DNA from: a virus
Lineage: Duplodnaviria > Caudoviricetes
IMG/VR virus record: IMGVR_UViG_2824317532_000002
Coordinates: 1 to 64,000 of that record
DNA: 64,000 nt
Strand: one strand, 5' to 3'
This document shows, in pieces, positions 1 through 9,809 of this stretch; position 1 is the first letter of the stretch, and every line of letters begins with the position of its first letter. The position numbers and the translations under genes are program-made. A model generated the notes under the pieces. That model did not search any database and was not told the DNA's origin. It worked only from the letters and a program-made list of their open reading frames with translations.

Positions 1-354
1 TCAGCGGCCGTCCTTAGGTACGGCGTCCGCACACGTGCCCGACGTGACCCAGTTGGAGTCTTCGTGGACCCAGCCGAAACAGCACGTCTTGATCGGCCTG
101 CCGCATCCGCAGATGGAGCGGCGCCTCCTGGCCTCGGTCCACTGCTGCGGCGGTATCGCCAACTGCGTGCCGTCTGCTGCGCCCGTCATGGTCGCCTCCC
201 TGATCCAGGGGTGGACGAGGCGGCGCGGCGCCGGTGATCGAGTCCAGCACCGCGCCGCCTCTAGGTCAGGGACTTTAGGACCATCTAGAAGGATCGTAAA
301 GAGTGAACGGGTATTACGTACCGTAAAGTGCGAAGTCACTTAGCGTTCGATCTT

Positions 355-573
355 GTGGACCTCGACGACGTGCGACTGATGGGCACCGCAGAGATCGCGC
401 GGGCGCTCGGCGTCACCGCGGCGCGCGTCTCACAGATCGCCGATAGCCGCAAGCTGGCCTTCCCGGCCCCGCGGTGGGAGCTGAAAGCGGGCAGGATCTG
501 GCTCGCCCAGGACGTCGAGGCCTGGATCGCCGAGCACCGGCCGGCGCTCGCCGAGGACCCCGAAGGCGAGTAG
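355..573 (+). CDS. AlpA/excisionase-like HTH DNA-binding protein
   Basis: LMGTAEIARALGVTAARVSQI...FPAPRWELKAGRIWLAQDVEAW; GTG start shortly after a TAGCGT -10-like hexamer. Confidence 0.75.
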   Translation: MDLDDVRLMGTAEIARALGVTAARVSQIADSRKLAFPAPRWELKAGRIWLAQDVEAWIAEHRPALAEDPEGE

Positions 574-675
574 CCCGAACGGCTGGACATCGCCGACGAT
601 CATCCGGCCGCACTGGCGCTGGCCTCGGCGGGACAGCGATGCTCGTGCGTCTACGCCTCACGCCCGGGAGAGCCC

Positions 676-1059
676 GTGTCCTACCCGCCGTCGTACCCGC
701 CCGGCTACAAGCCGCCGCAGCAGCCGAAGCCGAAGCGGACCCTACCCATCGTGCTCGGCGCCGGCGGTGGCGTCCTCGTGCTGTGCCTCGGGGGCTTCCT
801 CGCCATCGGCGCGACTGCCGACCGGGAGGACCGGCCCGCCGGCACGGTCACCACCCGGTCCACTGCCACCACGGTGGTGACCGAGGTCGCCACGTCGCGG
901 CCGGCCACCCGCACCAAGGAGGCCGACCCGGAGCGGGACCTGGGCGCGGGCAAGCCTGGCGCGTTCTGCGCCACCAACCGGCGCGGGCAGAGCTTCACCA
1001 AGGACGGCGTCCGCTACACCTGCAAGGGACCGAAGCCGTACCGCTGGCGCCGCGACTGA
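676..1059 (+). CDS. Membrane-anchored accessory (moron) protein
   Basis: Pro-rich N-terminus, one hydrophobic segment, Thr-rich linker, small Cys-containing C-terminal domain; opposite strand to lysis genes. Confidence 0.7.
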   Translation: MSYPPSYPPGYKPPQQPKPKRTLPIVLGAGGGVLVLCLGGFLAIGATADREDRPAGTVTTRSTATTVVTEVATSRPATRTKEADPERDLGAGKPGAFCATNRRGQSFTKDGVRYTCKGPKPYRWRRD

Positions 1060-1070
1060 CCCTGAACAGC

Positions 1071-1114
1071 ATGAAGCGCCCCACCCGGCCGGGTGGCCAG
1101 GTGGGGCGCTTCAT
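1071..1114. terminator. Bidirectional hairpin between convergent genes
   Basis: ATGAAGCGCCCCACC...GGTGGGGCGCTTCAT inverted repeat. Confidence 0.75.
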
Positions 1115-1130
1115 GGGGACGTCTGTAGTA

Positions 1131-1358
1131 CTACTCGGCGCGGCGCTTCCGCCAGTAGCGGAGCCCGAAGTGCACGGGGAGCCAGGCCGCGAGCGCGCCG
1201 AGGACCAAGGCAGTGATCTCGCCCGGCACATAGCCCACGATCAGGTCGGTCCACGGCACCGTGTCGGGGCTGCTGTCCCACGATGCCCAGCACTCGGCGA
1301 CCAGCGCGACCGTGGTGACGCCGAGGAATGCGGTGATCCAGACCGCCCGGCGGCTCAC
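1131..1358 (-). CDS. Small two-TM membrane protein (lysis module)
   Basis: GTGA overlap with holin stop; two hydrophobic helices, basic C-terminus. Confidence 0.6.
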   Translation of the reverse strand: MSRRAVWITAFLGVTTVALVAECWASWDSSPDTVPWTDLIVGYVPGEITALVLGALAAWLPVHFGLRYWRKRRAE

Positions 1359-1573
1359 TCGACCACGCTGGGGCTCGACGTGGAGCCGATGGCCGTAGAC
1401 GCCAGTGAGGTCAGGATCGACAGCACTGCGGCGCCGGCCGCGATTCCGCCGGCGAGGCGCGGGTCGGCGTTGAGGATGTTGAACTGGTCGAGCGGCCACA
1501 GGCCGAGTAGCGCCTGAGCGGCCGACTTCACGGCGCGCTCGGTGGTCTCCCGCCAGAAAACTGCGGTGCGCAT
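1355..1573 (-). CDS. Holin (r1t-like)
   Basis: FWRETTERAVKSAAQALL...AAVLSILTSLAS signature; downstream of endolysin. Confidence 0.8.
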   Translation of the reverse strand: MRTAVFWRETTERAVKSAAQALLGLWPLDQFNILNADPRLAGGIAAGAAVLSILTSLASTAIGSTSSPSVVE

Positions 1574-1751
1574 GATGTCTCCGATCACAACGAAGGCCCC
1601 CGGCGGCATGCCGAGGACCGAAAGGGCTGAGCTGGGGCGCACCAACCGAACGGGCAGGGTCAGCACCAATCGAACGGGTGGCGGCGGTCGGGGACCTTAA
1701 CCAGACCTAAGGTGCCCATCTCCTACGGACCAGAAAGGTTTAGGGCGGCAG

Positions 1752-2000
1752 CTACTTCTTGTAGAGCGCCACGAGGATCGCCACCGCCAGCGACCCCAAC
1801 GCGATCAGCGCGGTCGCCGAGGCCAGTGGCCAGCGGCCACGCTCCAGCGACCGTAGGCGCGACTCATGGTCCGTCAGCATCTCCTCATGGTGGTCACCAC
1901 GCGACAGGGCCGTATCCACCCGGGTAGCCAGCCCGACAAGCTGCTGATAGATGTCTCGCAAGGTGATGACGACGCCCCCGTGATCGCCCGGCGCGGTCAT
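1752..2000 (-). CDS. Lysis-associated membrane protein
   Basis: DHESRLRSLERGRW coiled coil plus C-terminal TM; ATGA overlap with endolysin. Confidence 0.7.
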   Translation of the reverse strand: MTAPGDHGGVVITLRDIYQQLVGLATRVDTALSRGDHHEEMLTDHESRLRSLERGRWPLASATALIALGSLAVAILVALYKK

Positions 2001-2794
2001 GCCTGGAGCCGCTCGGCCAGCTTGTCCGCGACCTGCTCGGCCAGCTCAGCCGGGATCGCTGCAGCGATAGCCTCCGGCGTGAGCGCCGCCAGGACCACCG
2101 CGCCGATCGCGGCCTCGTCGACCACGTCAGCCGACGCCAGCGCGGCAACCGCCCGCGCCAGCTCGGAGACCTGGCCGCGGGAGGTGCTGTATTTGAGCCA
2201 CGTCCCGGCGGGGAGTTTCCGGGACGGATCGGTCGGCGCGTATGGATCTTGAAGCCCGTACGCCCAGACCGCCCGGGCAATATCCTCAGCAGACGGCATG
2301 TCGTCCTCCTCAATGCCCCACGGGCGTGTGTCGCTCTCGGCGCCGGTCAGGTACCGCGCGGAGAAGTGCGCGTGATCGAAGTGCGCGGACGGGCCGGAGT
2401 AGGGGCGCCACTCGGACCAGCCCCACGAGCGGGAGATGATCCGGCCGCGCCAGATGATGTTCTGCAACCGGCCGTAGACGTCCGGGCTCTCGTACTCGAC
2501 CCGTTCCTGCTCGGCGAGGCGCCGGATCTGCTGGTCGAACCAGCCGCCCGCCTCGCCGCCCTTGCCGTCCGGCCACGGCCCGGTCGAGTCAATATCGGTG
2601 GCGTGGACCTCGTGATCGCTGTCCGCATCGCGATCGCGCAGGACGTCCGAGGCCTCGTCGTCGGCGTGGTCCGACGAGGAGGTGTGCGAGCTGTCGCCGA
2701 TCGAGCCGTCCGCGCCTCGATCACGGTTCGGCGCGACCGTGTTGAACTCGCCGCGCAGCTGCCCGAGACAGGGCACGAGGATCCAGGTGGCCAT
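1997..2794 (-). CDS. Endolysin (Zn peptidase-like)
   Basis: DGSIGDSSH..SSDH, VHATD and HFDHAHFS motifs typical of actinophage lysins; position after tail genes. Confidence 0.8.
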   Translation of the reverse strand: MATWILVPCLGQLRGEFNTVAPNRDRGADGSIGDSSHTSSSDHADDEASDVLRDRDADSDHEVHATDIDSTGPWPDGKGGEAGGWFDQQIRRLAEQERVEYESPDVYGRLQNIIWRGRIISRSWGWSEWRPYSGPSAHFDHAHFSARYLTGAESDTRPWGIEEDDMPSAEDIARAVWAYGLQDPYAPTDPSRKLPAGTWLKYSTSRGQVSELARAVAALASADVVDEAAIGAVVLAALTPEAIAAAIPAELAEQVADKLAERLQA

Positions 2795-2803
2795 AGCGTC
2801 CCC

Positions 2804-3349
2804 TCAGGAGATCTTGCGGATGCGGAACGTGCTGCCCGGCTGCACATTGACGTTGGAGGCAGTCGAGACGCTCTGCGCCCATTGCAGGCTGAGGTTGCCG
2901 GTCACGGTCACCTCGGCGCCGTACACCGTCTCGGTCACCGCGGTGTAGGCGGTCGAGGTCGACGAGTTGTAGACGGCGTCCTGGCTGGTGAGGCCGTATC
3001 CGCGAAACGTGGCGTCCGTGACCGCGTCGGGGGCGCCGACGTTGGCCGAGCCGGGGCCGTGGCACACCCGGATGCTGTTCGTGATCGTCCCGGTGAACCC
3101 CCACCGGGTCTTGATCTTGGGCGTGGTCGACGCCACCGTGTAGAACAACAGCAGCTCGATGTCGTAGACGCCCACCGCCAGGGCGATCCCGGCCAGGTCC
3201 GGGTCGTCGGCCAGCGTGGTCGTGGACTGCCGCGACGTGACGTTGTCCTTGACGTACAGCTTCGGCAGGCTCGCCACCACGGAGTTGATGTCGGCGGCAT
3301 AGATGATGTCGCCGCCGAACACCTCGATGCCGGACTCGCGCGTCGTCAC
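2804..3349 (-). CDS. Minor tail / fibre protein
   Basis: GGDIIYAADIN N-terminus, Thr/Ser-rich beta content, end of tail module. Confidence 0.65.
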   Translation of the reverse strand: MTTRESGIEVFGGDIIYAADINSVVASLPKLYVKDNVTSRQSTTTLADDPDLAGIALAVGVYDIELLLFYTVASTTPKIKTRWGFTGTITNSIRVCHGPGSANVGAPDAVTDATFRGYGLTSQDAVYNSSTSTAYTAVTETVYGAEVTVTGNLSLQWAQSVSTASNVNVQPGSTFRIRKIS

Positions 3350-5451
3350 CGCGCCCACCTCCCGGGAGTAGCGATGTGGACCTCGGCCCCGACGGGCAAC
3401 GTCTTGCGGACGCCGTTCTTGCTGCGGACGGCGCCGGTGAGCACCTGCTGATACGCGCCGGCCGATCCGGTGCGCGCGCCCATGCCGCCGACGGGCACGC
3501 CGACCAGTTCGCCGGCGATCATCAGGTCGTAGGCGCTGGTCGACGACCACGCCTCGTCGTCGGTGATACCGATCGTCAGCGTGGTAGCGGTCGGGCCGGC
3601 CACCGCCGACACGGTTGCCGTGCGCAGGTCGTAGCGGCGGTCGCCGTCGTAGGTGCCGACGTCAAAGATCTGGTCCGGGACCGTGGTGAACACGATGCTG
3701 CGGGCGTTGGGCCAGCCGATCGTCTCGGTGTAGCCGACGACCTGCAACCGGATGTCGTATTCGCGGTAGCCGGTGATCTCCAGGGCGTCGCCGACGTCGA
3801 TGTCCTCAATCTCGGCGACCTTGTCCGGGTCGAGGGCGGCCAGGTTGACCGTGACCGCCGGATACCGGGGAAGGTCGACGGTGCCGCGGTTCAGCCACCA
3901 GCCGGCCAGGCCAGGCAGTACCGCCTCGTCGTCGATGTTGACGTCGATCGTCTGCTCGTAGGGTCCGATGCCGTCCGGGGACGACTGCGACCCGATTGGG
4001 CTGGTGGCGTCTTCGGCGGCCGCTTCGCCGCCGTCGCGTTGCGACACTGTGACGATGTTGTAGACGCCCAGGTCGTCGGTGACCTCCCGGGGCCGGCCGG
4101 GCAACTCGTTGACGTCGATGCGGACTGCGGTGCGGTTGTACCGCGCGTTGCGCAGCAGGAAGATCACCGCGATGTTGTCGATGGCGTCGAACATGAGGCC
4201 GTCTTCGGTGTCGCGGATCTCCTTGAGGATGTCCGCGAACGGCGCTGCGGGCTGCACGCCCATCGGTTCCGACAGGGCCGTGGTGCCGATCGCATTCCAG
4301 GGCAGGCCCATTTCGTTCATGAGCCGGCCGAACCGGTTCCGGGCCCGTTCCCCGGCGTGCCCGTTGAATGCGGCCAGCACGCCACTGTCGCTAACCAGGT
4401 CGATGTCCGGGTCGTCGACCGCGTACACGCAGGAGTAGAACGCGCCGGTGCTGTAGTCGGTTCTGGGAGTGAGCCACGTTCGGGGCTGGCCGGTGGCCGT
4501 GCCGGAGAACGTCTGGGTCGATCCGGTCGTGAACGTCGCGCCTTCCGGGTACCAGGCCGGCTCGTAGGTGATCGTGCCGCCGGACACGGTCACCTTCATC
4601 CGGAACCGAACCCACTGGACCGGGCTCTGGGTGCCGTAACTGTCGGAGGTGTACGACAGGGTCGATCCGTCGGAGTCGTAGATCCGATAGGCGTAGCTGG
4701 CGTCGTTGATCTCCCACGCCCACACCCGGTTCCGGCTGTCCGTCCAGCGGAAGATCTCCTGGTAGGCGGCCGTGAGGGTGGCCGGGATGTAGGCGGAGAA
4801 GGTCAGCTGGTAGCCGGACGCCGTCGACCGCAGGAAGCGTCCGGTGAGCACGCCGTCGGCGGCGACCTCGGCGGCCGCCGTGGCGCCACCGGGCCGCTGT
4901 TCGCCGCCGAGGGTCACCTCGCCGAAGGTCACGCCCGCGATCCCGCCGGGCATCGGCGTCGACAGGTACGGCGCGTCCCGCGGGTCCTCGAGCGGCCAGA
5001 ACCCGATCAGGTTGGACAGCGACAGGGTGTTGCGCACGAGCGGACTCTTGAGCGGCTCTTTCCACTGATGGATCTGCTGGAGCAGGCCACCCGCCTCGAC
5101 GTCGACCCATGCGCTGCCGCGCTTCGGCTTGGCCCGGAAATCGCGGGATTCGCTGGCCTCCCACCGCGACACCTGGACGTGCCCGCGGACCACCCCGCCG
5201 ACGGATACCCGGATCGGGACGTTCCGGCCCGCCTTGCCGTAGAGCGGCGACTCCGGGTTGCTGTTGCGGAACAGGTCCTCGTCGTTGCTGAGCTGGGCGG
5301 TCAGCAGAGCGGGGCGCATGGCCGCGGACTGCGCCCCGTCGCCGCGCTGAATCTTGATCTGCTGGCCGGCCAGCACGTAGTCGCCAATGACCAGGTCGTG
5401 CCAGGCGCCGTCGTAGTAGACCTCGAGGGCAACATCGTTCTTACGCGGCAT
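3346..5451 (-). CDS. Minor tail protein (hub/tip)
   Basis: 701 aa directly after tape measure; SPLYGKAGRNVPIRV, FWPLED and RSKNGVRKTLPVGAEV motifs of actinomycete prophage tail proteins. Confidence 0.75.
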   Translation of the reverse strand: MPRKNDVALEVYYDGAWHDLVIGDYVLAGQQIKIQRGDGAQSAAMRPALLTAQLSNDEDLFRNSNPESPLYGKAGRNVPIRVSVGGVVRGHVQVSRWEASESRDFRAKPKRGSAWVDVEAGGLLQQIHQWKEPLKSPLVRNTLSLSNLIGFWPLEDPRDAPYLSTPMPGGIAGVTFGEVTLGGEQRPGGATAAAEVAADGVLTGRFLRSTASGYQLTFSAYIPATLTAAYQEIFRWTDSRNRVWAWEINDASYAYRIYDSDGSTLSYTSDSYGTQSPVQWVRFRMKVTVSGGTITYEPAWYPEGATFTTGSTQTFSGTATGQPRTWLTPRTDYSTGAFYSCVYAVDDPDIDLVSDSGVLAAFNGHAGERARNRFGRLMNEMGLPWNAIGTTALSEPMGVQPAAPFADILKEIRDTEDGLMFDAIDNIAVIFLLRNARYNRTAVRIDVNELPGRPREVTDDLGVYNIVTVSQRDGGEAAAEDATSPIGSQSSPDGIGPYEQTIDVNIDDEAVLPGLAGWWLNRGTVDLPRYPAVTVNLAALDPDKVAEIEDIDVGDALEITGYREYDIRLQVVGYTETIGWPNARSIVFTTVPDQIFDVGTYDGDRRYDLRTATVSAVAGPTATTLTIGITDDEAWSSTSAYDLMIAGELVGVPVGGMGARTGSAGAYQQVLTGAVRSKNGVRKTLPVGAEVHIATPGRWAR

Positions 5452-6943
5452 TGCGGCCGCCCAAGACCAGCTGCACGTTGCCGCCGCGGCGGCCCACCTG
5501 TCGGGCGAGGCCCTCGATGAGGACGTCGGAGTCGAGCATGACGACCACCTGGACGCTGTCGGAGGGTGACCGGCCCGCGGGGAGCACGGTCTCGCCGGCC
5601 AGGCCGAGGAACGGCACCTCTTGCCCGGGCAGGCCGGGGATCTTGCCGCCGGTGTGGAAGGTCGGCAGCTTCGGTGCGCTGACCGAGGATCCGCCGACTC
5701 CGGGCACCCATCCGGGCACGGTCCAGCTCAGCTGACCGACCGTGGAGTTCCAGGCGCGGGAGATCGCGTTGAATGCGGCCCGAAACGGCGCACTGATCTT
5801 GGTGCCGATGCTGGAGAATGCATCGGCGATCTTCCCGGGCAGCTTCTTCAGGTACTCCCACACCTGGGACGACTTGTCCTTGACCCAGTCCCACGCCTTA
5901 CGGAACGGTGTCGTGAGCCCCCGCCACACCGCCTCGAAGTGGTCGGCGATCTTGCCGGGAATCGTCTTCAGGTAGTCCCACGCCTGGATCGCCTTCTCCT
6001 TGATCCAGTCCCACGCCTGGCCGGCCTTCTCCGCGACCCAGTCCCAGTTCGCCACGAGCAGCACGATGATGGCGATCAGGGCGACGATCCCGAGGATGAT
6101 CCAGGTCAGCGGGTTCGCGAGCTGCGCCGCGTTCCACGCCCACTGCGCCGCGGTCACCAGCGACGTCACGCCGATCACCGCGGTGAGCAGCGGCGTGATC
6201 AGGGCGAGCTTATCGGCCCACTCCTGCAACTGGGGAGGGTTCGCCTCGTGCATGGCGTCATTGAGGTCGATCTGCGACTGGCGGGCATCGATGTTCGCCT
6301 GCTTGCCGTCCTCGGTGGCTTGCTTGAGGTCGGTCTGCGCCTGCGTCGCGTCGGCCGCCGCCTGGTCCGCGTCCAGCATCGCCTGAGCCTGATCCTGCTG
6401 CGCCTGCTCCAGATCCAGAGCGGCCTGCTTGGCCTCGTCGCTGCCCTTGCCGTGTTCCGCGACCGCCTCGTTGTACTCCTTCACCGCAGTCTGCGCATCG
6501 AGGATCGCCTGCTTCTCGTCGATCAAGGCCTGGTCCAGATCGAGGCTGGCCTGCTGCCCGTCGAGTTTGGCCTGGTTCAGGTCGACGATCGACTGCTCGA
6601 GGTCGATCGCGGCCTGACGCGTATCGGCCATCGCCTGCTCAACGTCGGTCTCCGCCTGCTCAAGGCGCTGCGCACGCTGGCGGGCGTAGTCCTGGATGTC
6701 GGCGACCGCCTGCATGCCACCAGCGAGCGAGTCGACGGCGTCGGTGAGGCCGGCCGTGGCCGCACCGAGGTTGCCCATCCGCTGCTCGAAACGCGACGCA
6801 TCCTGGCTGGACTGCTGGAAACTGGAGCCAGCGTCATTGGCCGCCCGGGCCACCGAGTCGGTGGCCTCGGTCGCCTGCTGAGCCGCCCGCTGGAGCCTGG
6901 TCGCGTCGCCGGCGAACTCCAGGGTGACCGCATTGCCCGCCAC
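5441..6943 (-). CDS. Tape measure protein (500 aa)
   Basis: Ala/Gln coiled coil, WAWNAAQLANPLTWII TM motif, 11-residue Trp repeats, FHTGG C-terminus. Confidence 0.85.
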   Translation of the reverse strand: MAGNAVTLEFAGDATRLQRAAQQATEATDSVARAANDAGSSFQQSSQDASRFEQRMGNLGAATAGLTDAVDSLAGGMQAVADIQDYARQRAQRLEQAETDVEQAMADTRQAAIDLEQSIVDLNQAKLDGQQASLDLDQALIDEKQAILDAQTAVKEYNEAVAEHGKGSDEAKQAALDLEQAQQDQAQAMLDADQAAADATQAQTDLKQATEDGKQANIDARQSQIDLNDAMHEANPPQLQEWADKLALITPLLTAVIGVTSLVTAAQWAWNAAQLANPLTWIILGIVALIAIIVLLVANWDWVAEKAGQAWDWIKEKAIQAWDYLKTIPGKIADHFEAVWRGLTTPFRKAWDWVKDKSSQVWEYLKKLPGKIADAFSSIGTKISAPFRAAFNAISRAWNSTVGQLSWTVPGWVPGVGGSSVSAPKLPTFHTGGKIPGLPGQEVPFLGLAGETVLPAGRSPSDSVQVVVMLDSDVLIEGLARQVGRRGGNVQLVLGGRNAA

Positions 6944-7360
6944 CTAGTCCTCCTCGAGGCCGGCGCCGGAGATCACGGCGGAGATGGAATCCTGCAGTAC
7001 CTGCTCGATTTCGGGCCGGATCTCGGCGAGCGTCGGGTACACGTACCGGCCCTCGTTGATGAACGCCCTGGGCGCCGGCCGCCCCTTGACTCGCCCCTGG
7101 CCGCCGAAGTCCAACCAGGGGAAGTACGGGGCCTTCTTGCCGCCGACGGCAACGCGGGCGGAGGTGCGGGTGGACCGAGCCTTGAGGCTGGACCGGGCCG
7201 CCCCGGTGACAGCGGGGATCTTCGGGCGGGTTTTGGTGACGAGCAGTTCGGCGGCCTCGTTGAGCGCGAGGCGCAGTTGCTTCGGCGCTTCGCTGTCGAT
7301 CGCCCGGAGTCCGCGGTTGAGCTGAGCCAGGCCGGTGACGGCGATCCGCATCTCGGTCAC
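6944..7360 (-). CDS. HK97 gp10-like tail completion protein
   Basis: VTGLAQLNRGLR...PAVTGAARSSL...PYFPWLDFGG pattern. Confidence 0.7.
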   Translation of the reverse strand: MTEMRIAVTGLAQLNRGLRAIDSEAPKQLRLALNEAAELLVTKTRPKIPAVTGAARSSLKARSTRTSARVAVGGKKAPYFPWLDFGGQGRVKGRPAPRAFINEGRYVYPTLAEIRPEIEQVLQDSISAVISGAGLEED

Positions 7361-7363
7361 GAC

Positions 7364-7552
7364 TCACCTCCTGGACTGCTCCATCGCGAGTTCGCGTTCC
7401 TGATGGCGGCGCAGGAAGTAGATTCGCCAGCGCTGCCACTCCGCCGACGTCATTCCCCGGCGCATCTCCGTCACTGACCGCCATCCGAGCTTGAGGCACA
7501 GGAGGTGGTCGAATTCCAGGTCAGGACTCGTCTCGAAGCTCTCGTAGATCGC
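7364..7552 (-). CDS. Tail assembly chaperone gpT segment (reached by frameshift)
   Basis: Reads AIYESFETSPDLEFDHLLCLKLGWRSVTEMRRGMTSAEWQRWRIYF...; +1 frame relative to gpG. Confidence 0.7.
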   Translation of the reverse strand, partial: AIYESFETSPDLEFDHLLCLKLGWRSVTEMRRGMTSAEWQRWRIYFLRRHQERELAMEQSRR

Positions 7553-7874
7553 TTTTGTCGGCGTCCTCGCCGAGCCCGGACAGCCGCATGATCTCCCGTT
7601 CCACGCGGGCGAAGTCCGCGGACCGGCCGGGGGCCTTCTGCCACGCCTCGACCTGGCCGAGCGAGAGCGCCGGCTCGACCATGCCGTAGTGCACGATCTG
7701 GCCCTCGAACTGGTTGACGTCCGTCTCGCCGTTGCGCTGCGATTGCTTGCCGGCGAGCATGTACTCGTAGCGGGAGAGGCCGCGCACCCGGACGGTCTTG
7801 CCGCCGGCGAGTTCGACGGTGATGGACTCCGCCTCGCCGCCGGTGAGGTCTTCGAAGCTTGCGATCTCGCTCAT
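7521..7874 (-). CDS. Tail assembly chaperone gpG
   Basis: GKTVRVRGLSR, GMVEPALS; follows major tail protein. Confidence 0.75.
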   Translation of the reverse strand: MSEIASFEDLTGGEAESITVELAGGKTVRVRGLSRYEYMLAGKQSQRNGETDVNQFEGQIVHYGMVEPALSLGQVEAWQKAPGRSADFARVEREIMRLSGLGEDADKSDLRELRDES

Positions 7875-8272
7875 ACCTGGTCCGCCGAATCCCAGTCGTC
7901 GGACGGCTCGGTCTCCAGGGACCAGAGGCGGTAGCCGGCCACTGGGGCGGTCTCGACGTACTTCGTGATGATCGCGTCGAAGCTGTCCTGGGGCAGGCCG
8001 CTCCCGGTGCCCTCCGGCCGGTACTTGACGTTGACCTTCTGCCCGACCAGCGGCTTGAGTACCGCCCGCGGGCCGGTCGCGCCGTCGTCGTACTTGCCGG
8101 AGCAGGCGAACGCGCCGGTGAGCAGCGTCGGATCCTTCACGATGGCGTTCTTGCCGTACGTGGTGTTGTCCTCGGTGCCGGAACTCTGCTCGCAGTTGGA
8201 GTCCGTGCAGAACTCGGAGACGTTGTTGCCGTCGATCAGAATGACCGTCGACTTGGAGTGCTTGCGCGCCAC
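7871..8272 (-). CDS. Major tail (tube) protein
   Basis: EDNTTYG, YRPEGTGSGLP motifs; upstream of chaperone. Confidence 0.7.
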   Translation of the reverse strand: MARKHSKSTVILIDGNNVSEFCTDSNCEQSSGTEDNTTYGKNAIVKDPTLLTGAFACSGKYDDGATGPRAVLKPLVGQKVNVKYRPEGTGSGLPQDSFDAIITKYVETAPVAGYRLWSLETEPSDDWDSADQV

Positions 8273-8282
8273 GTCAGCCTCC

Positions 8283-8792
8283 TCAGGCGCTGGTGCCGAT
8301 GATGACGACGTCGTACGTCACCGAGGTGCCGGACGACGAGTTCGCGACGGTGAGCAGGTCTCCGGTCGACGCGGTGACGGTGACCTTGCCGTCAGCCGGA
8401 CAGGCCCACATGAAGACGCCACCGGGCGGGATGTCGATCCCATCACTGGCCGCCAGGAACAGCGGCACGCCGTTGCTCGCCGGCCGGGTGACCCGGACGT
8501 TGTTGGTATTGCTCGACGATGCGGAGATCAGGATCGCCCGCAGCTCGACGAACGTCAGCGTGTTGCCGAACGGGCCCGCCAGCACGCCGGCCAGGTCCAG
8601 ATCCTCACTCGACGAGGCGTTGATCGTCCGCTGGTCGTGGAACATCCGGTCCGCCGAGTTGGCGCCGGTGCCTTCCGACAGCTCGATCTTCGTCTTCTTG
8701 AGGAACGAATCGGTCGGCGTGCCGAGGTCAAGCACGTTCTTGTAGACGGCGTCGATCTGCGCCGTCACCACAGTTTTCAGCGTGGTGGCCAT
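8283..8792 (-). CDS. Structural protein of unknown function
   Basis: 169 aa Thr/Ser-rich beta protein inside the head-tail operon, with RBS. Confidence 0.6.
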   Translation of the reverse strand: MATTLKTVVTAQIDAVYKNVLDLGTPTDSFLKKTKIELSEGTGANSADRMFHDQRTINASSSEDLDLAGVLAGPFGNTLTFVELRAILISASSSNTNNVRVTRPASNGVPLFLAASDGIDIPPGGVFMWACPADGKVTVTASTGDLLTVANSSSGTSVTYDVVIIGTSA

Positions 8793-8801
8793 CGGCCCCT
8801 C

Positions 8802-9215
8802 CTAGTTGCCCGGTCCGGTGATATCGAGGTGAAAGGTCGCGCCGAGGTAGTCGGTGCCGCCGATCGTGACGACCTCGAACTCACAGCTGGCCACGGTCAC
8901 CTCGTCGCAGGACGTCCAGATGTGCGCCTCAAGCTGTTCGATGACCGACTGATCGCCGGTGTCCGAGCACCAGGCCGACACCTGATCGCGGGCGGACCGG
9001 TCGGTAACCCGCGACGACACGAGGGTCACCTCGACGTCCGGGTAGCTCGTCTCGCCGCGGCCGTAGGTCTGGTGATACTGGATCCCGGGCGGGACCGGAT
9101 AGTTGACGACCCCGGCCGGCGGAGTGACGGTCGACGCCGGGTAGGCCTGCACGCGCAGCCCGGTGACGGTGGCAAGCACGGTGGCCACCTCGTCCATGAC
9201 GTCGGCGAGGATCAT
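8802..9215 (-). CDS. Tail terminator-like protein
   Basis: TVTGLRVQAYPASTVTPPA..., DYLGATFHLDI; position. Confidence 0.6.
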   Translation of the reverse strand: MILADVMDEVATVLATVTGLRVQAYPASTVTPPAGVVNYPVPPGIQYHQTYGRGETSYPDVEVTLVSSRVTDRSARDQVSAWCSDTGDQSVIEQLEAHIWTSCDEVTVASCEFEVVTIGGTDYLGATFHLDITGPGN

Positions 9216-9808
9216 GCGAACCCCGGCAGTACATAGGGCGAGACGAGATCCTCGATGTCCGGGTCGAACCGAGAGACCCGGACGGGGCCCTCGTTCGCCC
9301 AGCCGGCCACACCTTCCGGCGAGTCGCGGCGCATGAATCGCCGATTCGCGAGCAGCAGTGTCGCCTCGGCGATCGGGTCCGGCACGGCCGGCCACCCCCA
9401 CAGCGCGGTGATCCGCCAGCGTCGGGAGGTGCACCACAGCCCGCGGTCGCGGCGCAGGCCGGTGATCGCCCGACTGTCGGCGAGGGCGTTGTCGGGCTCG
9501 GTGAAGTAGTCGGTGACCGCGGTCCAGGCGGATCCGTCACCGAGTTCGACGATCAGGCCCGTCGTTGAAGCGATGTCGTCGACGAGCAGCAGCTCCCCGT
9601 CGCCGTCGTCGCGGACGACCCGGCCGCGAGTGGCGCCGGTGCGGGCCGTGGCGGAGCCGTCGAGCCAGAACCGGCGGCCGGTGCGGTCGTCGATGGCCCG
9701 AGAGGCGCGGGTGAGCGCCTTGTTGAGCGCCGCGTCGTCGGCGGTGTCCGACAGTGGGATCTTCCGCGCGCCTTTGAGTTCGGCGAGGGTGGCGTATTCG
9801 TTGGCCAC
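9212..9808 (-). CDS. Head-to-tail adaptor
   Basis: YATLAELK...ASRAIDDRTGRRF...WGWPAVPDPIAEATLLLA. Confidence 0.85.
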   Translation of the reverse strand: MANEYATLAELKGARKIPLSDTADDAALNKALTRASRAIDDRTGRRFWLDGSATARTGATRGRVVRDDGDGELLLVDDIASTTGLIVELGDGSAWTAVTDYFTEPDNALADSRAITGLRRDRGLWCTSRRWRITALWGWPAVPDPIAEATLLLANRRFMRRDSPEGVAGWANEGPVRVSRFDPDIEDLVSPYVLPGFA

Positions 9809-9809
9809 G

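Noticed and set aside
1-1750. Left att site of prophage 1
   Set aside because: No copy of the tRNA-Thr 3' end found; the boundary probably lies outside the window
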